From a virus (Duplodnaviria; Heunggongvirae; Uroviricota; Caudoviricetes): 39,258 nt of DNA. Location: the IMG/VR virus record IMGVR_UViG_2519899560_000023, one strand, 5' to 3'. The position numbers and the translations under genes were made by a program. The number at the start of each line of letters is the position of its first letter. Position 1 is the first letter of the stretch. Below the pieces are notes generated by a model, which did no database searches, was not told the origin of the DNA, and saw only the letters and a program-made list of their open reading frames with translations. Shown piece by piece: positions 19,059 to 28,693 of the stretch.

Positions 19059-20183
19059 ATGAAGACGAAAAACACGCCCAAACTTGCTTATGCCATTCTG
19101 AATGCCATCAGCCTGTCCGCAGACGGGGACGGTGACTGGTGTCAGATCATGCCAGCCGGTCGGGTAAAGGCCCGTGACGGTCGCCCGGAAAAACCGGCGG
19201 AAGGCTGGCTGATCAACCATGCAGCCGTTGAGCGCATGGTCTCCCGTGTTGTGGCGCTCAATCAGCCGGTGAAAATTGACTACAACCACCAGACCCTGAT
19301 TGAGGGACATCCGGCACCGGCTGCCGGTTTTGTGATGGCCTCACCGGAGAATTTTCGCTTCAGTGAAGAGCGAGGTTTCGAGGTGCGCCCGAAGTGGAAC
19401 CCTCCGGCCCTTGAACATCTGCGTAATAACGAATTCCCCTGGTTTTCACCGGTGATTGGCTATGACGAGAGCACCGGCGAACCTGTCGAACTTCGGATGC
19501 TGGCTATTACCGGTGACCCCGGTCTGACCGGCATGAATCCTGTCGCCGCACTGTCGGCGGATGACCTTTATAACGCCTTAAACCCTCCTTTAAAGGATAC
19601 CTCCATGAATGAGCAATTACGCCAGTTGCTGACGGCGCTCGGTCTGACCGTGGCTGACGGTGACGAATTTACGCCGGAGCTGGGCACGGCGGCGCTGTCT
19701 GCCCTCACCGGGATCAAAACCCGTGCGGATGCACACGACAACCTGAAAACACAGGTCGCCAGTCTGTCGGCAGAGCTGGAAACCGCAAAAGGCACACCGG
19801 CTGGCGGCATTATTGATCTGACGAAATACGTGCCCGTTGAAACGTATAACGCCCTGCGTACCGAATACGTTGCGCTGTCGGCGCAGCACGGCAGCACCAC
19901 GCTGGAGCAGGTGCTGGACAAGGCTGAATCCGAAGGGCGCATCTTCAAAAGCGAACGCGGCTATCTGGAACAACTGGGCGGGCAGATTGGCGTTGCGGCA
20001 CTTTCTGCACAGCTTGACGCCCGCCAGCCGGTTGCGGCCCTGACCTCTCTTCAGACCGACACCGTGACCGTGCCGGATAAAAAGACTGCCACCGCTGCGC
20101 TGTCGGCTGAAGATATCGCGGCCGCCAAACTGCTGGGTAAAACCGAAGCCGAGTTCCTGAAAATGAAAGAGGAAATGCAATAA
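19059..20183 (+). CDS. head protease/scaffold (Mu I-like)
   Basis: 374 aa; precedes major head gene. Confidence 0.75.
   Translation: MKTKNTPKLAYAILNAISLSADGDGDWCQIMPAGRVKARDGRPEKPAEGWLINHAAVERMVSRVVALNQPVKIDYNHQTLIEGHPAPAAGFVMASPENFRFSEERGFEVRPKWNPPALEHLRNNEFPWFSPVIGYDESTGEPVELRMLAITGDPGLTGMNPVAALSADDLYNALNPPLKDTSMNEQLRQLLTALGLTVADGDEFTPELGTAALSALTGIKTRADAHDNLKTQVASLSAELETAKGTPAGGIIDLTKYVPVETYNALRTEYVALSAQHGSTTLEQVLDKAESEGRIFKSERGYLEQLGGQIGVAALSAQLDARQPVAALTSLQTDTVTVPDKKTATAALSAEDIAAAKLLGKTEAEFLKMKEEMQ
19605..20183 (+). CDS. candidate nested scaffold protein (Mu Z-like) from in-frame internal start
   Basis: In-frame ATG at 19605 preceded by AAGGA; helical Ala/Leu/Glu-rich C-terminal half. 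Confidence 0.35.
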   Translation: MNEQLRQLLTALGLTVADGDEFTPELGTAALSALTGIKTRADAHDNLKTQVASLSAELETAKGTPAGGIIDLTKYVPVETYNALRTEYVALSAQHGSTTLEQVLDKAESEGRIFKSERGYLEQLGGQIGVAALSAQLDARQPVAALTSLQTDTVTVPDKKTATAALSAEDIAAAKLLGKTEAEFLKMKEEMQ

Positions 20184-21130
20184 TGCCTACCCCGATTACA
20201 CCGGCGATGATCACAGCCCTGATGACGGGCTACCGTTCTGATTTTCAGGCCGGGATGTCCATGGCCCCGTCGCAGTATAAAAAAATTGCGATGACCGTGC
20301 CCTCCACATCGAAATCCAACACCTACGGCTGGCTGGGGCAGTTCCCGCAGTTCCGTGAGTGGATCGGCTCCCGCGTCATCGAGAAGATGAAAGCCTATGG
20401 CTATGCCATCGTGAACAAAACTTTTGAAGGCACTGTCGCCATTAGCCGCGATGACTTCGAAGACGACAACCTCGGTATTTATTCCCCGTTGTTCCAGGAG
20501 ATGGGGCGCGCTGCGGCGGTACAACCGGATGAGCTGGTCTTTGCTGCCCTGCGTGACGGGATCAGTGCGGCCTGCTATGACGGTCAGAACTTCTTTGATA
20601 CCGAACATCCGGTTTACCCCAAAGTGGATGGCTCCGGGGATGCGCAGATGGTCAGCAATATGTTTGTGGCAAAAACCGGCTCTGTCGGCGCACAGGCTGA
20701 TTACAGCGGTCCGGCCTGGTATCTGCTTGACTGCTCCCGCGCGGTAAAACCGCTGATTTATCAGGATCGCCGTAAGGCTGAACTGGTTGCCCAGACCAAA
20801 GTCGATGAAGGTCGCGCATTCACCGATAACGAATTTGTGTTTGGTGCATCCGCCCGTCGCAATGTGGGCTACGGCTTCTGGCAGATGGCCTACATGATGC
20901 AGTCACCGCTGACGCTGGATGCACTGTGGCACGGCTGGTCAGCCATGCGCGAATTTACCGCTGACGGTGGCCGCAAACTCGGCATTAAACCCACCCATAT
21001 TGTTGTCCCCACCTCGCTGGAAAAACAGGCGGTGCAGCTGCTGGAGCGTGAACTGTTCGCAGACGGAAACGCAACCGTCTCTAACGAGATGAAGGGTAAG
21101 CTGGAGCTGGTTGTCGCGGATTATCTGTAA
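20183..21130 (+). CDS. major head subunit (Mu T-like)
   Basis: 315 aa; start overlaps I stop. Confidence 0.8.
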   Translation: MPTPITPAMITALMTGYRSDFQAGMSMAPSQYKKIAMTVPSTSKSNTYGWLGQFPQFREWIGSRVIEKMKAYGYAIVNKTFEGTVAISRDDFEDDNLGIYSPLFQEMGRAAAVQPDELVFAALRDGISAACYDGQNFFDTEHPVYPKVDGSGDAQMVSNMFVAKTGSVGAQADYSGPAWYLLDCSRAVKPLIYQDRRKAELVAQTKVDEGRAFTDNEFVFGASARRNVGYGFWQMAYMMQSPLTLDALWHGWSAMREFTADGGRKLGIKPTHIVVPTSLEKQAVQLLERELFADGNATVSNEMKGKLELVVADYL

Positions 21131-21173
21131 ACGGTGAGCCGGGCTTACGGCCCGGCCCCTGCGGAGGGCAAAT

Positions 21174-21572
21174 ATGAATGAACATCACACTGTGGCAGCA
21201 ACAGATGATTCAGGTCTTCAGGTCAGTGGTGACAATTCTGTCACGGTGCTGGCAGAAGTGCGTTGCAGTCGTTCGGCGTTTCGTCGTGCGGGGTTCCTGT
21301 TCACGCGTGGACGTCAGCAGGTTGAGGTCACCCCGGAGCAGCTTGCCCGACTGGAGGAGGAGCCATGCCTCACTGTGCGAATACTACAGACGTCTGCTGA
21401 TGATGCGGGGAGCGTGGCGGGTGTGGTTCATGCAGTGGCCGGTACAGATTTAGCCGAAGCCGAAGCCGAAGCCGAAGCCGAAGCCGAAGCCGAAGCCGAA
21501 GCCGAAGCCGAAGCCGGACAGGATGCTCCCCGGAAAAAGACCGGTAACAAAGCGGAACAGGCCCGTGCATGA
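21174..21572 (+). CDS. head-region protein (Mu gp35 position) with (Ala-Glu)10 repeat
   Basis: 132 aa; GGAGGG SD; stop overlaps next start (ATGA). Confidence 0.6.
   Translation: MNEHHTVAATDDSGLQVSGDNSVTVLAEVRCSRSAFRRAGFLFTRGRQQVEVTPEQLARLEEEPCLTVRILQTSADDAGSVAGVVHAVAGTDLAEAEAEAEAEAEAEAEAEAEAGQDAPRKKTGNKAEQARA
21453..21518 (+). repeat. perfect tandem hexanucleotide (GCCGAA)x10 plus one GCCGGA, in frame
   Basis: Counted directly; frame anchored to the downstream stop at 21570-21572. Confidence 0.95.
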
Positions 21573-21988
21573 ATTACGCCACTGAAACCGATATGCGGGC
21601 GCGTTACCGCGAGGATTTGCTCAGGCCGTTACTGGCTGTGCCCCGTTCGGATGAGCCGGACACGCGCAAGCTGAACCGGGCGCTGACAGATGCGTCAGCC
21701 CTTATCGACAGCTATCTGTCCGCCCGTTACACGTTGCCGCTGGAGGTTATTCCGGCCGTTCTTGTTCAGCACTGTTGCGCGATTGCCTTTTATTACCTGT
21801 GCGATCAGCGAGCCTCCGATCAGGCGCGTGACCGTTACCGTGAAGCGCTGGCCTGGCTGAAAGATGTCATGAACGGCAATGTGCCGGTCGGTGTGGATAC
21901 GAACGGTGCGGCCCCTGAATCCGGGGATTTACCACAGGTTCAGTCTGATGCAGCGGTATTCGGGCGCAACCAGAAGGGCTTCATATGA
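21569..21988 (+). CDS. Mu gp36-like head-tail connector protein
   Basis: 139 aa; conserved position. Confidence 0.6.
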   Translation: MNYATETDMRARYREDLLRPLLAVPRSDEPDTRKLNRALTDASALIDSYLSARYTLPLEVIPAVLVQHCCAIAFYYLCDQRASDQARDRYREALAWLKDVMNGNVPVGVDTNGAAPESGDLPQVQSDAAVFGRNQKGFI

Positions 21989-22545
21989 TTACGGAAACCG
22001 AACAGGCATACATCGCCCGTATCCGTGAGTATTTCGGGAATGAACTGGTGTCTGTTGACACGCATCCCGGCGACTGGAGCGACAGCGTACTGCGCACCAT
22101 GCTGATTAACGCCCCGGCGATCTACGTTGCCTGGCTGGGTGCCGGTGAAGGCCGTACCCGTGGTCGCCTGGTCAGTCACTGGGTGTTCTACGTCATCGGC
22201 GACATGCTCAACGGGCGTGAGGCCAGCCGTCCCGGACTGTATCAGATTGTGGCCCGGCTGATTGCCGTGCTTAACGGCTTCAGAACAGAAAAAACCTCAC
22301 CGCTTTACTTTGAAAAGGCGGTCAACGGTTACACCGAAACCCAGGCGGACAGTGGTGCGGTGATGTATGCGCTTTATTTCTCCTGCGAGGAAATGATCGC
22401 ACCGCTGACCGATACCAGCTCGCTGGACGACTTCCTGCGTCATTACGAAACCTTTGTGGAGCCGCCCGGTACGCCGCCGTTTGAGGCACATATTGATTTG
22501 CCGGGGAACACGACAACGGCGGTCGAACCGCCGGAGGAACTGTAA
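21985..22545 (+). CDS. Mu gp37-like virion protein
   Basis: 186 aa; overlapping start. Confidence 0.6.
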   Translation: MITETEQAYIARIREYFGNELVSVDTHPGDWSDSVLRTMLINAPAIYVAWLGAGEGRTRGRLVSHWVFYVIGDMLNGREASRPGLYQIVARLIAVLNGFRTEKTSPLYFEKAVNGYTETQADSGAVMYALYFSCEEMIAPLTDTSSLDDFLRHYETFVEPPGTPPFEAHIDLPGNTTTAVEPPEEL

Positions 22546-22791
22546 ATGAAAACCATCTTTATCAAACCCGCGCCGGGACGCCTGATTCGTGATCCCGACA
22601 CAATGCGCCCGCTGGCACAGGAGGGGGAGGAAAAGCCCTTTACGCCGTTCTGGTGTCGGCGTCTTGATGACGGCGATGTCATTCAGGCTGAAAAAGCCGC
22701 TGAAGAGGCTCCGGCTGTATCTGCGGATGCAACGACTGCGACAGAAAAACCGGTCGCCCAACCGGCATCCGATAAGGAGAAACCGCAATGA
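22546..22791 (+). CDS. small Mu gp38-like protein
   Basis: 81 aa; directly before sheath. Confidence 0.5.
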   Translation: MKTIFIKPAPGRLIRDPDTMRPLAQEGEEKPFTPFWCRRLDDGDVIQAEKAAEEAPAVSADATTATEKPVAQPASDKEKPQ

Positions 22792-24290
22792 TTAATTTTG
22801 ACGGGATCGGTAATGACCGCCGTATACCGCTGATTGAGGTTGAGTTTAATAACTCCATGGCTGTCACCGGCACTCCGGCACAGCGTCAGTGTGTGCTGCT
22901 GTTTGGTCAGGCGAGAATGAAAGAGAATGCCGTGGACGGTGCCGGTGTTCTGGATGTTCCGGTCAGGATCACCCGTGCGTCTCAGGCAACAGAACTCTGG
23001 GGGCGCGGCTCCATGATTGCCCTGATGGTGGCGGAATTTATCGCCATCAATCCTGATGCTGAACTGTATGCCATTGCTCAGGGGAACGGCACCGGACAGG
23101 CAACGGCTGCGGCCATGAATCTGACCGGAACGGTCACCCGTGACGGGATTGTTTATGCCTGCGTGGGGGGGCGGCGTTATACACTCCCGGCACCAAAAGG
23201 TAAGAAAGGCAAAGAACTGACCGACGAGCTGGCCGCGCTGATCAATGCCGATCCTGACGCGCCCTTCACGGCCTCCTCTGGTGCAGGAAGTGGTGATAAT
23301 GGCGCAGGTCTGAAAGGGTCTCTGGGGATCACCGCCCGCTTTACCGGTGAATGCTCCGTTCATGATGTGCGCCTGAACTATCACGACGGGGAAGCAACCC
23401 CGGAAGGAATACAGGTCGCTATAGCCTATCCGAAACAAAAAGCGGCTAACCCGGATATCACCCGAAGCGTGGCGGGTATGGGCGATCGCCAGTACAACTA
23501 TGTCGTCATGCCCTATAAGGATGATGCAAACCTGAAAATCATCAGTGATGAGCTTCTGAAACGCTGGGGACCGGCCAAAATGTCTGACGGCGTGCTGTGG
23601 CTGGCACATACCGGCACGTTTGGTGAGGTGCAGGCATTCGGGGCAAAACGCAATGATTTTCTGGCGACCTGCACATCCATTCCCAAAGCCCCTGAACCGG
23701 ATTACCTCTGGGCAGCGGCGGTCTGTGCCACCTGTGCACCCTCTCTGGGAGCAGATCCTGCGCGTCCGCTTCAGACGCTGGCGCTTCCGTCACGCATGGC
23801 CCCGGCTCCGGCCGATCGTCTGACGCGTGAAGAGCGTAACAGTCTGCTGTGGGGAGGGATTGCCACGGTCAGTGTGGCTGCCGGTGATGTGGTTCAGATC
23901 GAACGTCAGGTGACCATGTATCGCCAGAACGTGTACGGCGAAAGTGATCCCAGCTATCTGGATGTGGAAACCATCTACACCCTCTCCTGGCTGCGTTATT
24001 CCCTGCGTACTTTTATCACACAACGTTTTCCGCGCCATAAACTGGCTGATGACGGGACGCCCGTTCGTGCCGGTCAGAATATCGTGACGCCGGAGATCAT
24101 GAAGCTTCAGTTAATTTCGCTGGGTGAAGAGTGGGTGGAACTCGGGCTGGTCGAAAATCTGGACACCTTTAAAAAGAATCTGCTTGTGGAGCGTAATGCG
24201 TCAGATCGAAACCGTCTTGACGTGTTATGCACGCCGGATCTGGTTAACCAGTTCCGCTTCCTGGCAGCACAGATCCGTTTCATTTTGTGA
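22788..24290 (+). CDS. tail sheath protein (Mu L-like)
   Basis: 500 aa; precedes tube gene. Confidence 0.8.
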   Translation: MINFDGIGNDRRIPLIEVEFNNSMAVTGTPAQRQCVLLFGQARMKENAVDGAGVLDVPVRITRASQATELWGRGSMIALMVAEFIAINPDAELYAIAQGNGTGQATAAAMNLTGTVTRDGIVYACVGGRRYTLPAPKGKKGKELTDELAALINADPDAPFTASSGAGSGDNGAGLKGSLGITARFTGECSVHDVRLNYHDGEATPEGIQVAIAYPKQKAANPDITRSVAGMGDRQYNYVVMPYKDDANLKIISDELLKRWGPAKMSDGVLWLAHTGTFGEVQAFGAKRNDFLATCTSIPKAPEPDYLWAAAVCATCAPSLGADPARPLQTLALPSRMAPAPADRLTREERNSLLWGGIATVSVAAGDVVQIERQVTMYRQNVYGESDPSYLDVETIYTLSWLRYSLRTFITQRFPRHKLADDGTPVRAGQNIVTPEIMKLQLISLGEEWVELGLVENLDTFKKNLLVERNASDRNRLDVLCTPDLVNQFRFLAAQIRFIL

Positions 24291-24298
24291 GGTAAGGC

Positions 24299-24664
24299 AT
24301 GAGCGGAAAACAGTATCAGGGTACGGCCACTATCCGTGTGAACGGTCAGGAATACGAGACGCTTGAGGGGGCTACATTTTCTCCGTCTGGTTTTGAACGT
24401 GAAGTGGTGAAAGGCGCGAAAGTCTATGGTTACCGCCAGAAACCACGTGAAGCGACGCTGGACTGCAAATTTCCGGCAGGCGGAGAAGGTTCACCAGCCG
24501 CCGATGAAATCAACAACTGGACTGCGGTCACTATCGAGTTTGTGGCGGATACCGGCGAAGTCCACATGATGACGAAGGCCTGGAGCAGTGAACCGGCCTC
24601 GCTTGACGGTGGCGGGGAGATCTCCGTGAAGTTCGCCAGCGCCTCCAGTACCCGTGTTCAGTGA
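24299..24664 (+). CDS. tail tube protein (Mu M-like)
   Basis: 121 aa; between sheath and chaperone. Confidence 0.75.
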   Translation: MSGKQYQGTATIRVNGQEYETLEGATFSPSGFEREVVKGAKVYGYRQKPREATLDCKFPAGGEGSPAADEINNWTAVTIEFVADTGEVHMMTKAWSSEPASLDGGGEISVKFASASSTRVQ

Positions 24665-25155
24665 TCAGGAAAAATAAAATGACCACACGTAAGAAAAAAA
24701 CGGCAGTTTCCGAGGCAGCCGTGATGGAGGCAATCCGGGAAGCACTTGAGGGGGCTGATCCACGCACTGCCGGGCTGACAGAGCAACTGGCAAAGGGATA
24801 TGTGGATCTGCTTGATGGTCTGCCGTTTGGTGAGACCCGTGAATATCGTGTCACGTTCCGGGAACTGACAGCGAAAGACAGTATTGACGCAGAAGCAGAA
24901 GCCGAGCGCGTGGTGGAGACAAACAATGGCCCGATGCTGATAGCGTCTCCGTCGTTACGCGGTGTTGCACTGCTGCGCCGTCAGATTGCCGCAGTGGGAG
25001 ACATTGAAGGTCCGTTGTCACCCCGTCAGATTGGACAGTTAAGCGAGCGCGATCTCTCCCGCCTGATGGCAGCGGTCAGCCTGCTGGATACCGCGCTTGC
25101 CGGAAAGCTGGCAGCTGACCGGGGGCGATCAGGCGCAGTGTCGGGATCAGATTGA
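24661..25155 (+). CDS. tail assembly chaperone (Mu gp41-like)
   Basis: 164 aa; immediately upstream of tape measure. Confidence 0.65.
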   Translation: MIRKNKMTTRKKKTAVSEAAVMEAIREALEGADPRTAGLTEQLAKGYVDLLDGLPFGETREYRVTFRELTAKDSIDAEAEAERVVETNNGPMLIASPSLRGVALLRRQIAAVGDIEGPLSPRQIGQLSERDLSRLMAAVSLLDTALAGKLAADRGRSGAVSGSD

Positions 25156-25279
25156 AGAAGCGGCAATTATCCTGGGGATGGTGACAAAAAGCGGTCCGGA
25201 ATGGGCGCTTAACCTCCCCCTGTCGCAACTTTACCGGCACTGCCGACAGACAGAAAAAATCATCAGAACGAAGCAGTAA
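25067..25279 (+). CDS. candidate frameshift extension of the tail chaperone (alternate frame)
   Basis: Alternate frame open from 25067 to TAA 25277-25279, exactly filling the gap between chaperone stop and tape-measure start. Confidence 0.4.
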   Translation, partial: WQRSACWIPRLPESWQLTGGDQAQCRDQIEEAAIILGMVTKSGPEWALNLPLSQLYRHCRQTEKIIRTKQ

Positions 25280-25281
25280 GT

Positions 25282-27357
25282 ATGGCCCGAAATCTCAGAG
25301 CATCTCTGATAGTTGATTTGCTCGGCAATATCTCAGCCAAATCCCGCCAGTGGTCACAGGAGCTGGGGGCATTCTCACGCTCCGGCCAGGCGGGGCTGGG
25401 TGGCCTGGGAAATGCTGCCCGCCGTGCCGGGCAGGAAACAGATGTACTCGGAAGCAGGATGCAGCGCACGCTGGCCGGGGTGCGGGGCAGTATCCGCCAT
25501 GTCACTTCTGATTTTGACCGTCTTCAGGGCAGTATTACCGGCACCATCGGGCGGATCAGCAATCTTTACGGAATGCTGGCCGGTGGTGCTGCTGTATATG
25601 GCTTTAACCGGGGATTTATTCGCCCGGCAGCGGAGATGGAAACCTATATGATTCGCCTGAACTCCCTTTACAAAGGGGATCGGGCGAAAACTGATGATGT
25701 CCGCAGGTGGGCAATACAGAATGCGAAGGAAACCACCTGGGGGCTGGCTGGCGTCATGCAGGAATATACGTCCAGTCTGGGCTTTGGTATGAGTGACAGG
25801 GAGGCCCGAAATTTTGTCACCATGCTTCAGGATCAGGGTGCCGTGGGCGGCTGGTCACTGTCCGATGCACAGGGGGCATCCCTGCAACTGAAACAGATGT
25901 ATGCAAGAGGCAGTATTCAGGCGGCGGATGCAAATATTCTTGCCACCTACGGCATTAATGCCTACCGCGTGCTGGCTGATCGTCTGGGTGTGGACCAGAA
26001 AGTGGTCAGAAAACTTGGTGAAAAAGGGCTGCTTGGGCCGGACAGTATTCGCCTGTTATTTCAGACGCTGGCGGAACAGGCCAGGGGAGCACAAAAGGAC
26101 GCAATGAATTCCTGGAGTGGCCTGACGGCCATGATGGGTGACGTCTGGGACCAGTTTGCCCGGGATGTGATGGACAGTGGGCCATTTGAAAAACTGAAGG
26201 GTAATCTCAGGGGATTTCTTTCATGGGTTGACAGTGCCAAATCTGATGGCAGTTACCATTCCCTGGCGGAAAGCACGGCATCAGCCATGAACCAGGGCTT
26301 TGAGTATGCCCGTGATGCAGTGACTGGGTTTTATCAGGCGATCAGAAAGGTACGCGACACGCTTCAGGCTCTGCGGGATGCGGGCTATGGTGATGCGCTG
26401 GATCGCATTGGTCAGGGGGCACAGACCGCCGCGAAATACCTGCTGTACATGTATCTCGCCACCCGTGCCCTGAAAATGGCGCGGGCTGTCGGAACGGGGA
26501 TTATACGTCCGGGTGCTGCATTGCTGGGATACGGATTATCAGCGGCGGCCTTCCTGACCTCACCTTTCCGGCGCTCTCCTCCGGCCGGAACACCACCAGG
26601 CACATCTCAGGGACGAGGGCAACGTTTTATAAACTTTCTTACCGGGGTAAATCCGGCAGCCGTTCAGCCAGTACTTGTAACAAACTGGCCCACAGGAGGA
26701 CTGTCCGGCACCGGCGCGACCGATACATCCTCAGGCGGACGTCAGGGGCGGGGCCGCAGGAAACGCGGACCGGGGCGCGGAAGACCGGTCACGCCTCCCC
26801 TGCCACCGTCCCCAGTGCCACCGTCTCCCTCTTCTGGTGGGGCAGGGTTCTGGGGGCGCATGATGGGGCGCGCCGGTGGGTTACTTTCGTCTGTCGGTAG
26901 CCGCATGGGGCTGGGGCGTTTCTCCGGCTTTTTCCGCAGTGCCGGTGGACTGGCCGGCCGGCTGGGTGGAGGTGCCCTGTGGGCTGGCGCGATGGCAGCC
27001 CCGGTTCTGCTGGATGGCAGCGCCAGTGCCACAGACAAGGGAGAAGCGGTCGGCTCTCTTGCAGGCAGTATTGCCGGTGGTGCGCTGGGGGCGGCAGCCG
27101 GACCTGTGGGGATTGCCATTGGTTCTACGGTGGGCAGCTATCTCGGTAACTATCTGGGGGGATGGCTGACTGAAGCCTGGCAGAAATTACGGGGCAGTGA
27201 TGATGAAAGCAGTGGACAGGCGGTACAAAAAGCCTCTGCCCGTGTGGAGCTGGTTGCCCCGGAAGGGTGGCAGGCTCGCAGTATTGATATTGATGACACG
27301 TCCGGTCACGGACTGGATGTGAATGTCTGGAACGGAGGGAATTATGGCCTCTGGTGA
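25282..27357 (+). CDS. tail tape measure protein (Mu N-like)
   Basis: 691 aa; Gly-rich C-terminal region. Confidence 0.8.
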   Translation: MARNLRASLIVDLLGNISAKSRQWSQELGAFSRSGQAGLGGLGNAARRAGQETDVLGSRMQRTLAGVRGSIRHVTSDFDRLQGSITGTIGRISNLYGMLAGGAAVYGFNRGFIRPAAEMETYMIRLNSLYKGDRAKTDDVRRWAIQNAKETTWGLAGVMQEYTSSLGFGMSDREARNFVTMLQDQGAVGGWSLSDAQGASLQLKQMYARGSIQAADANILATYGINAYRVLADRLGVDQKVVRKLGEKGLLGPDSIRLLFQTLAEQARGAQKDAMNSWSGLTAMMGDVWDQFARDVMDSGPFEKLKGNLRGFLSWVDSAKSDGSYHSLAESTASAMNQGFEYARDAVTGFYQAIRKVRDTLQALRDAGYGDALDRIGQGAQTAAKYLLYMYLATRALKMARAVGTGIIRPGAALLGYGLSAAAFLTSPFRRSPPAGTPPGTSQGRGQRFINFLTGVNPAAVQPVLVTNWPTGGLSGTGATDTSSGGRQGRGRRKRGPGRGRPVTPPLPPSPVPPSPSSGGAGFWGRMMGRAGGLLSSVGSRMGLGRFSGFFRSAGGLAGRLGGGALWAGAMAAPVLLDGSASATDKGEAVGSLAGSIAGGALGAAAGPVGIAIGSTVGSYLGNYLGGWLTEAWQKLRGSDDESSGQAVQKASARVELVAPEGWQARSIDIDDTSGHGLDVNVWNGGNYGLW

Positions 27358-28693
27358 CGGTCGTGGTGCGTTCCGTGGTGTGCCGTTCCTCGTCTGGCGT
27401 GAGCAGCGCGAACGTGGCGGGCGAAACATTGTCCGTCGGGAATATCCGTTACGGGAAACCGGTGGTGCAGACGATCTGGGACCTAAACTGGCTGAATTTA
27501 CGTTCAGTGTACTTGTGATGGGGGATGATGTTCAGACACAGCGAAATCGTCTGCGTGATGCCCTTCGTGCTCCCGGTGCCGGGGAGCTGCTTCACCCGGA
27601 TTACGGCACGTTAAATGTGCTGATAAACAGCTTTGAAAGTCGTTATAACGCTGCTGAACAGGGCGTGGTTGAGTTCACCATTAATGTCACGCCGGTAAGT
27701 GATGATACCGCACCTGCTGTCACACAGGACACGGCCGCCATTCTGGAGCAGAAGAGTACCACCGCGCTCGGGAAGGTTTTTGAAACCCTGGAAGCGGGCT
27801 GGACGGTGATTTCTGACGGAATGCACGATGTCCAGGCAATGACCGAAACCATCAGCGATAAGGTGTCCGCCCTGGAAAATGCCGTTTCCGGCATGGGGAT
27901 TGTACAGGATATCAGTGCCTTTACTGCCACGTTCACGGCGCTGAAAGGGAATGCCACGGCATTACTGACAGCACCTTCCCGCATGGCCTCATCTTTTGCG
28001 GGGCTTTTCAGTGCCCTGATCACCCTGCCATCGCTGCCGTCACTGTCTTCAGGAGGCCTGAATACCCGGCCCGGTGGCAGTATCGGCCGGACGACATCCG
28101 CCTTCTCTCAGGGAATGCCGCAACTGTACAGGACATTATCTTCCCTGCGTTACGTGCTGGATGAGCAGGATAATCCGCAGACTCTCATCGGTCTGACACC
28201 GGCAGCACAAAAGAATATTCGTCTGATACGGGCGGTAATGCAGAGTGCTGCCGTGGTGGCCCAGGCACAGACCGTGGGAAAACTGCTGGATCAGGTTCTC
28301 AGTCAGGAAACCCTGCCGGACAGTGACGCAGCCCACCGTACCTGGCCTGTCTGGCTGGAAAGTTCAGTTGATCTTCAGCGCATTAACCGTGACTTAAGCG
28401 AAGCGCTCGAACGGCAGGTGATGACACTGTCCGGGCAGGGGTATACCGCCACGGCGCTGACGCTTCGTGATGCCAGACTGGCACTGACAGAGGATCTGAA
28501 TACACGGGGAGTTCAGCTACCCGGTGCAACAGTAGTGACTGTACGTACCACCGAGCCTGCACTGGTGACCCTGTACCGTGCCACCGGGAACAGTACCGGC
28601 TGGCAACGTTTTGTGCGCCGTAACGGTATTGTTGATCCGCTGTTCATTCCCGGAGGCCATTCAGTGGAGGTGATTAGTGAGCAGCAGGGTTGA
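27323..28693 (+). CDS. DNA circularization protein (Mu P-like)
   Basis: 456 aa; overlaps tape-measure end. Confidence 0.75.
   Translation: MSGTEGIMASGDGRGAFRGVPFLVWREQRERGGRNIVRREYPLRETGGADDLGPKLAEFTFSVLVMGDDVQTQRNRLRDALRAPGAGELLHPDYGTLNVLINSFESRYNAAEQGVVEFTINVTPVSDDTAPAVTQDTAAILEQKSTTALGKVFETLEAGWTVISDGMHDVQAMTETISDKVSALENAVSGMGIVQDISAFTATFTALKGNATALLTAPSRMASSFAGLFSALITLPSLPSLSSGGLNTRPGGSIGRTTSAFSQGMPQLYRTLSSLRYVLDEQDNPQTLIGLTPAAQKNIRLIRAVMQSAAVVAQAQTVGKLLDQVLSQETLPDSDAAHRTWPVWLESSVDLQRINRDLSEALERQVMTLSGQGYTATALTLRDARLALTEDLNTRGVQLPGATVVTVRTTEPALVTLYRATGNSTGWQRFVRRNGIVDPLFIPGGHSVEVISEQQG

Noticed and set aside
20051-20608. 185-aa minus-strand ORF
   Set aside because: Antisense across the I/T junction; inconsistent with the operon.
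21453-21518. CRISPR-like or intergenic repeat array
   Set aside because: Repeat unit is 6 nt with no spacers and lies in frame inside a CDS; it is a coding microsatellite.
22683-23609. 308-aa minus-strand ORF
   Set aside because: Lies entirely antisense within the tail sheath gene; low-complexity Arg/Gly/Cys-rich translation; typical GC-rich antisense artefact.
25313-25651. 112-aa alternate-frame ORF inside the tape measure gene
   Set aside because: Embedded in a long, well-supported CDS; no independent signals.
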